Shown: positions 55,335-64,000 of the stretch, piece after piece
Layout: each line of letters begins with the position of its first letter
Position numbering within the stretch: the first letter of the stretch is position 1
Assembly (NCBI GenBank): GCA_964016885.1
Contig: CAXHJY010001290.1
Span: forward strand, 17,389-81,388
Length of the DNA stretch: 64,000 nucleotides
From: Eledone cirrhosa
Lineage: Eukaryota
Direction: 5' to 3'
The notes under the pieces: model-generated
What the model was told of the DNA's origin: nothing
Database searches by the model: none
The model's input: the letters and a program-made list of their open reading frames with translations, nothing else
Translations under genes and position numbers: made by a program

Positions 55335-55760
55335 GGGGCGCGGATTGGCAGTATCGGTAGAGGCTCGGACGCCATGCTTTGTAGCATAGAGTTACGGCCC
55401 CTTTATGATCTGAGTTCATATCCCACTGAGGTTAACTTTGCCTTTCATCCTTACGGAGTCGATAAAATAAAGTACCAGTCACGCACTGGGGTCGATTTAA
55501 TCGATTTCCCCTCCCACCCCCAAATTGCTGGCCTTGTGCCTATATATAAGAAACCCTTATTAGGGTGGTGGGTTGGCAGTATCGGCAGAGCGTCGGAAAA
55601 CATGCTTTTGCAGCATATAGTTACGATCGTCTTCGTTCAGAGTTGAAACCCAGCCGAGCTTAGATTTTCTTTTCATCCTTACGGTGTCTATAAGATAACG
55701 TATCTGTAACTTTCTCCTCTCTTTCAAATAACTGGCCGTGTGTTAAAAGTAGAAACTACT
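55335..55760 (+). mobile_element. Two tandem major SINE copies
   Basis: Box A/B and core motifs, twice. Confidence 0.85.
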
Positions 55761-56455
55761 TCTATCCAGAGGATGCACTTGTGTATGAACCAGATATTTT
55801 AAAGTAAACATGATGAATCCTTTTGTTGGCAATTCATTTTATATTTAGAATTATCCCTGTTAGCTTATATTCGTAAATTAATTAATCACATAAAATTTTT
55901 AATGACAATATAGAGACATTAACCTTTCTACCACTTATCACTTGCTATTTTGCTTGAAGACGTTTTTAATTATCTGTTGTTCATAGTTTATTATATCTTT
56001 TAGGAAACAGGTAAACAAGTTTTTTTGCCATCGCAAATCTAATGAATACAAGAACGAATTTGGCAAATTTTCTTATAACAAAAATTAGATATCTTGATAC
56101 GTGCAAAATATCTTCATCAATATTATTAAGCGGCGTATAAAAATATAACTACTGCACTATTTCAAGACAAATGTATTTAAACACAATATTGACTTCTTGA
56201 AATTTTAAATACACCAAAGTTTCTATTAATAATGCAAGCAGCCATGCTAAGATAAATGATAGGAAATTTTGTGGAGAAAAAATGGTAGATATATTATATA
56301 AATGTTCAAATAGAATTAAAGTATTTTTAGTTGTTATTAAGAATATGAATATGTGAGAAACAAAACAAACATTATCATCCATTTGCGAAAAATGTAATTA
56401 TAATATAAAATGAAACTGTGCACATCTCTCTCTCTCTCCCCCCTCTCTCTCTCCC

Positions 56456-56496
<41 letters not shown>

Positions 56497-56543
56497 GTAT
56501 GTATATATTTTGTCTATCTGTCTGTGTCCCCGTCTCTTTCTCA

Positions 56544-56630
<87 letters not shown>

Positions 56631-56704
56631 TTATTACCAACACATTAAAGTTTAAACAAACTTTCTGCTGCTTTCATTCTCATACATATAAGAGTTATAT
56701 ATCT

Positions 56705-56736
<32 letters not shown>

Positions 56737-56777
56737 ATATATATATATATATATGTATATATCTATACCTATCTAGC

Positions 56778-56816
<39 letters not shown>

Positions 56817-56825
56817 CTATCTAGC

Positions 56826-56888
<63 letters not shown>

Positions 56889-56895
56889 ATCTAGC

Positions 56896-56948
<53 letters not shown>

Positions 56949-56954
56949 ATCTAG

Positions 56955-56992
<38 letters not shown>

Positions 56993-57001
<9 letters not shown>

Positions 57002-57537
57002 TAAACAAATAATGAATAAACAATTCCTTATATTAAACAAAAAAAGTTCATTATTTAACGATCGTTTCTAGGGTATATATGTGTTATAATTGGTATGCAT
57101 ATTCAACAGATCTATGTACAAAATTATACAAAATTATACAAATTATCAAGATTAAATATACATACCTAACACATATATACGCCGTCTTCAGAAATAATAA
57201 TTTATTTCTGAAGACGGCGTATATATGTGTTAGGTATGTATATTTAATCTTGATAATTTGTATAATTTTGTATAATTTTGTACATAGATCTGTTGAATAT
57301 GCATACCAATTATAACACATATATACCCTAGAAACGATCGTTAAATAATGAACTTTTTTTGTTTAATATAAGGAATTGTTTATTCATTATTTGTTTAATA
57401 TTTTATCTTGACTCTGTATACCGTTTTTCTTTCACCGAAAGTGGTTTTTCATTACATCTCTTCTTTCCATGATATCCGGAATACATTGAGTTCTTCATAC
57501 GGATTGGACACTACCGTAAACTCTTGGTAGATTTATC

Positions 57538-57541
<4 letters not shown>
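56993..57541 (+). mobile_element. Family E element with perfect 205-bp inverted arms and tail
   Basis: Arms 56993-57197 and 57202-57406, 4-nt spacer; lies in a compound (TA)n/cctatctagc array that continues on both sides. Confidence 0.88.
57202..57348 (+). ncRNA. Type I hammerhead with ~116-nt helix II hairpin (mirror copy in left arm)
   Basis: ttattt-CTGAAGA-[gtatatatgtgtta/taacacatatatac; ggtatgtatattta/tgaatatgcatacc]-GAA-ACgatcGT-T-aaataa. Confidence 0.72.
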
Positions 57542-57608
<67 letters not shown>

Positions 57609-57681
57609 CTATACCTATCTAGCTATATATATATATATGTATATATATATACATATATATATATATCTATACCTATCTAGC

Positions 57682-57770
<89 letters not shown>

Positions 57771-57785
57771 CTATATTTATCTAGC

Positions 57786-57840
<55 letters not shown>

Positions 57841-57882
57841 ATAATAAGAAATAAATATATATATATACATACATGTATATAC

Positions 57883-58047
<165 letters not shown>

Positions 58048-58068
58048 TATATACACACAGACACACAG

Positions 58069-58101
<33 letters not shown>

Positions 58102-60701
58102 CAAAAGTGGAGGCACGTGATCTAGTGGTAAGGATGTGGGACTAACGATCATAATGTGGTGGGTTCGATCCCTGGACCGGGTTATGTGTGTTGTGTTGTG
58201 CTTGAGCAAAGCACTTCATTTTACATTACTCTAGTATACTCAGCTAAAAACGAGTACCAGCAACAACTGGCGTCCTGTCCAGGGGGAGTCTTGTACTGTC
58301 AGTCGCTTCACTCCACAAATACCTGGATAAGACCGGCCTGTTGAGCCTCCGGGCCTGAGACAGACAGATATTTGCAAAACTTAAACGGAAATAACGAAGC
58401 AAACAACTCAATACAATGAAGAAATATATATTAGTTTAACGCTTGATATAGTAGGAAAAGAGTCTTTGCCATTCGGACACTAGTCCTTCATCATAAGATA
58501 AAATCAGAAATAAAAGATGAAATAGGAAGATAGAGAGTGAAAAGAGGATGGAACAGATAAAAATATTTACCTTATATTTCATACTATTTCGAGGTGAAGA
58601 TCTCATTTTCAAATGAAAAGAAATAAAAGAGCACCACTCGTTGTCAACATCACACAGCCTTTTTTTTCTTTTGAAGAAGATGTCTTAACCCCGAAATATC
58701 ATGAGATATAAGGCAACACGTTTGTTTGTTTTGTTTTCACGATAGTATTATTAATTTGCTCTCTATTAGCTTAAACTGTTTTATTTGTTCTGTTTATTAC
58801 ATTTTCACGCCAGTATTTCTAATTTGCACTGTATTAGCTTTTCCAAAACTATCACAACCACATGTTTTATAATGGTTCATATAAACTGTACTGTTTTATC
58901 TCTGTTTTAGATTTGTATCTTGAATGCTTTTTAATGAGTGTAAATTGAAATTTAGTCAATTAATTATGTTATTCTTCAATTATAGATTATTAATCTTATA
59001 TGGCAAACAGATATACAGTTAGTTTAATTTAGTTGTTATATTTTAGGTAATCGATGTTCGGAAGCAGATGCTTAAAAGTAGAAGAGATAAGTGTTACATA
59101 TCTAAAAGAAAGTAACCAATAGCGATTATTAAAACAGTCTCAAGGTTTTATCAAACAAACCAGACAAAAACATTAACAACATTTTATTAAAATAATGCTG
59201 GTAGTTTCTTAGAAATTAAACGCCAGGGTATTTGTTTTGCCTCTCTATTCTCTAAGTTCAAATTCCTCCAATGTCAACTTTGCCTTTTATATATTCGGGG
59301 TCGATAAATAAAGGACCAATACAGGAGCGGTGGATTGGCGGAATCGTTAAAGAGTCTAACGAGATGCTTTGCGGTATCTGTCTCGGCTGCGTGCGTTCTG
59401 AGTTCAAATCCCACATTCTGCCATAAAAAAGCCTTGACGCTACCCCTTCCCTAGCAGACATATCTTTCGTGGGAAGTAATTGGCCTAAACAAGCGGTGGT
59501 GAACATTCTCAAATGTCATTTGAAATATGTTCGAAGCGTTATATATTCTGCTGTAAGGGAAATAAGGGATGCATTATATTAGAATGTCAAACTGCTAAAT
59601 ACTGTGTGAAATGGACGTAATCGGAAATTGTTGTATGGACAACTAGAGACCGTAGAATGTTAAATAGTAGCTAAGCCGATGCTAAGTCCTGACGCTATTA
59701 ACATAGATTAATCATCGTTTACCAATTTGTATATAATTATTCCCTCTTAACGTCATAATAAGTGACAGGAATCATACTTTCACAAGTTTGTTATGGCTTC
59801 CATGTTGTTTTGAATTGGAAGCTACTGCTATTTTCTACATCAAAATGACAGAATAATGACACAATATTGTTAAACTTCACAATGATTCTATGAACAGATA
59901 GTGTATGGAAGACATTTAATTTCCTCCTCAAACTGAGCATATAAAGCAAACATTTCTCCGTGACACGATTATTGAAATGCAATATTATTAATTTAGCTGC
60001 GTCAGTTTATTCTTTTATAGCTGTAATGTTTGAAAAAAAAACAAAAACAAAAGCAAAGTTTAAACTAAAGGTTTGACGACAATAAATGTGCTACAGACGA
60101 TACTGTTGATCTAAATCTATGTTATGTTAACACCTCATACTGAAACATGCGAATTAGCATATTAAATAACGGTTCATATCGCAATTGCTTTGCGGAAGAG
60201 TTATTTTAGTCTTTGGAAAACTTCCCTTTAGAGTTAGTATTGATTACTTGGTGTCAATATTTTCGTCGCACTATTTGCGACCTGATCATTGACAAAGTTC
60301 CACAGTGATCATGTCGCAGAAAATCTTGACACCAGAAAATAAATGATAAACTTACAGTGAAATTAATAGTTTTTGTATGTGTTTTTTTTTTTTAAATTGC
60401 AACAATGACTCTTCCACGATGTAATTGCTTTAGTTTCAACAGAGCTTTAAATATGAGAATAGGGTAGACGGACTTTTTCAGGCTGCAACCGTCAAATCAA
60501 ACAGTTTCTGTATAAGAATAGACATTAAACAATATATATATATATAAATCTAAGATGTAAGGCAACTCAAGTCAGGTTGAACAGGTTGGTTATCAGCAAT
60601 CAACGAAACGTACGTACCTAATATGGCGCCGTTGTAGTACTGACCTGAATATTTATATATATATACATGTACACACATACACACACATATGTATATATAT
60701 T

Positions 60702-60791
<90 letters not shown>

Positions 60792-61307
60792 CAGGGAGGA
60801 TTTCAATAAAGCATAACACCATCAAAAAGCATATAAGAGCAGGCTGGTCAGTAGATTAAATGCGATTTACTCTAACTGTAACAACACCCCTCCCTATATG
60901 ATAACTCATTGCATTTAGGAGTACAATGTAAAGTTTAACTTCTGCATGTACTGAGTGCACATTGTAGGGTCAACAAGTGGATTTCACTACGTTGACAAGA
61001 CCTGCCAACCTCTAAAAACCCAAACGGGGTATACCATGAAAAAATTGGAGAGAAATGAAGCAAAATGGGTAGATCCTACATAATGAAATCTATACCCATT
61101 TTCACAAGAAAAGACATTTCTTTCCCCCCCCCAAAGTGGATGGGAGATCTCCCCGCCGGAGGGGAGAGTTGACAAGTCTGAAACCCTGTCATAATTATTT
61201 TTCTGTCTCAGGCAGTGTTTTTAATCATTTTCTATATTAAATACTTACGCGGTAAAATAACAATCAGAAAATAACCACTCTAGCTTTACTACCATTACAG
61301 CATTTTA

Positions 61308-63735
61308 CAGTATCGGTAGAGCGTCAGACGCCATGCTTTACAGTATAGAGTTACGGTCCTTTATGGTCTGAGTTCAAATCCCGCCGAGGTTAATTTTGCC
61401 TTTCATCATTACGGGGTCGATAAAATAAAGCACCAGTAATGCACTGGGGTAACTGCAGGCCTTGTAATAAAATAGAAACAACTATATTAACGTATACGTT
61501 GCATCTCCTAGGTGGAGGTTTCTTGTGTGTTTTCATGAAGCGCGGTATGAAATGAAACGTTTTATTCAAGAACATAACACGACACCCAATCCAAGAATAA
61601 AACCCACGACTGATGATCGTGACTCCAACATCTTAACCACCAAGCCACGTATCATCACACATTTATAAATAATTGTTTCTACTTTTGGCACAAGGCCAGC
61701 AATTATCCCAGTGCATTACTGGTACTTTATTTTATCGACCCCGTAAGGATGAAAGGCAAAGTTAACCTTGGCGGGATTTGAATTCAGAAAGATAAAGGTA
61801 CGTAACTATGCTGGAAAGCATGGCGTCCGACCCTCTACCGACACTGCCAATTCACCCCACCAATCACACATTTATAAATAATATCAGTTTGAACAATATG
61901 GTGACATTTTCATTCAGTGTTATAGAAATTTGTCTATAACAATTTTTGTTCATTTTGACTTATACTGAGTGCTGAAAAAGAAAAGAAAAAAGAAAAAAAA
62001 AGAAAGAAATACAAAGAAAACAAACAAAAAACAAACACTATTTCCCTAGAAAATGAAAGCTGAACAAATGATTGGTGGGTTTTAATAAGAAAATGTTTGT
62101 TGGTGGTTCTTTGTAAGAGGTTTTCTGTGAAAAAAAAATATAATACCTTTTACAAACTATGATCAATTTATTGACAACTTCACATGCTGTGTTACTGACA
62201 ATTATACGCGGTGGATTGGCAGTATCGGTAGAGGGTCGGACGCCATGCTTTGACGCATAGAGTTACGGCCCTTGCCATTCTGAGTTCAAATCCCGCAGAA
62301 GTTAACTTTGCCTTTCATCCTTACGGGGGTCGATAAAATAAAGTATCAGTAATACACTGGGTAATTGCTGGCCTTGTGCCAAAAATAGAAACAATTATAC
62401 GCGAGGGAGAATAGATACGACAACTCCACAAGAAGAGCTCTTCTGCTGTAGACAGACAATAAATTAGCAATTTGTTGATCGCTTAAAAGATACCTGCATA
62501 CCTCATGAATTTCTGTCATAATTTGAAGCAAATCTTATGATTAATTGTAATTCTTTTAATTTCCATATTTCATCTAGATAAGACATCTGTCTGTATATTC
62601 GACCCTAGAAATTGTTTTCCACTCATATCATATTACCAGGCAGTTTCAATTCAGCAGAACATATTTTCAAGATTCGATGTTATTTATTGAAATTGACAGA
62701 GATGAACTTAGATACCGAAGCAAATTTCTCTAAATTACATGCTATATCTAGAACCTTATACAGTGATATTTTTATAAATACTTTGGTTTCAATAATAGCT
62801 ACGTTATAATAGCTTAGCTACCTTACATCTTTTATTTCTTATTAGTTTAAGGAAGAATAAACACTCTTATATAGAATGTGAGTATATGAACCGAGTAAAC
62901 GGCCTGGTTTCGATTCTAACTGATATCTATTTAACGTTATTTATTGCTCTAATAAGAAGCAAGAATGCCACAGAAAAATTTATTTTCCTTCCTCCCAGAA
63001 GGAATTATGTTGAATGTTAAACATATCTTGTTCTTAATCGACAAACGATGAATGTATCCTTTCATTAATTTCCCATGACTGCCCTGGCAGAAGATGGTCA
63101 GAATAACTACAAGTTTCATTTTAAGATATCCACGAAAAGGTGAGCAACCAACGCGAGCAGTTATATTGGAAATGTCCATTTCAGCTTTTGCTGTCAGAAA
63201 ATTGACGATCACGTCTCTGATGCTGGTACACTTCTTTATTTGCTCATTACAACAGATCTTAGGATGATATAATCAAATATTTATTAATATTTTGTCTTAC
63301 AGAAGAGCGGTGCATCGAAAGAATCGGTAGAAAGTAGGAGGCCATGCTTTGCAGCATAGAGTTACGGCTCTATATGATCTGAGTTCAAATCCCGCCAAGG
63401 TTAACTTCGCCTTTAATCCTTACGGGGTCGATAAAATAAAGTACCAGTCACGCACTGGGGTCGATTTAATCGACTTTCCCTCCCCCCCAAAATTGCTGGC
63501 CTTGTGCCTATATAAGAAACCAATATTTTGTCTTACAGAAGAACGGTGGATCGACAGAATCGGTAAACGTTGGACAAACTGCCTTGCGATATTTAGTTAT
63601 AGCTCCTTTAGGTTCTGAGTTCAAATCTCACCGAGAACAATTTTTCCTTTCATTCTTCCAGGATCAATGAAATAAAATGCCAGTCAAGTGCTACGGTCGA
63701 TTTAATCGACTTTCACCTTGTACCTAAATTAGAAG
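61308..63735. mobile_element. Five dispersed major SINE copies
   Basis: About 61308-61480 (+), 61672-61860 (-, TSD atcacacatttataaataat), 62207-62395 (+), 63305-63522 (+) and 63540-63735 (+). Confidence 0.85.
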
Positions 63736-64000
63736 CTAATGTTTTATCTTACTTAAATAGAGTATAATATCGAATGTTAAAATTAGAATTTGAGGTGTGT
63801 TTTTGTTATCAAGCGGCGTATGAATTATTACTAAAGAAAAGGTTGTGAATAAATCGAATATATAACCCCTTGAAATGGAAAAGTGGATAATCACCTGTGT
63901 AATGGTAGCACAGCTTTCTGGCATACAGGGGCTGTGAGTTTGTGTCTCACAGAAGAATATCCACTTTTTTTCTGCCTTACCACTAAAAACCCAAACAGAG

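Noticed and set aside
57079-57320. Mirror-image 78-aa ORFs on both strands
   Set aside because: By-product of the palindrome.
58465-58500. Minus-strand ATGATGA-ggac/gtcc-GAAT
   Set aside because: Probably a decayed hammerhead; both core strands mutated.

Overview
AT-rich, microsatellite-dense eukaryotic DNA; the repeat content looks like an octopus/coleoid cephalopod genome (inference). The only intact gene I find is a six-exon class A neuropeptide-type GPCR on the minus strand (CDS 52891 to 14172, 417 aa, all introns GT-AG with matching phases; exon 5 is missing from the ORF track). The rest is repeats: about 35 copies of one tRNA-derived SINE, other SINEs, RTE, HERO-like, R4-like and Tx1-like LINE fragments, two Tc1/mariner-type MITEs, two decayed Penelope-like GIY-YIG remnants and several satellites. 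The most striking signal is over 20 short non-coding elements from several unrelated families sitting in (TA)n tracts. Many share one layout (inverted arm, sense arm, unique tail) and about a dozen fold by eye into type I hammerhead ribozymes. These include U3-A8, U4A and U4C core variants, one with a ~116-nt helix II, and one whose helix III is an expanded (AT)22 microsatellite. Hammerheads and inverted pseudo-LTRs are known for Penelope-like elements; the variants and the microsatellite link are my reading and are untested.
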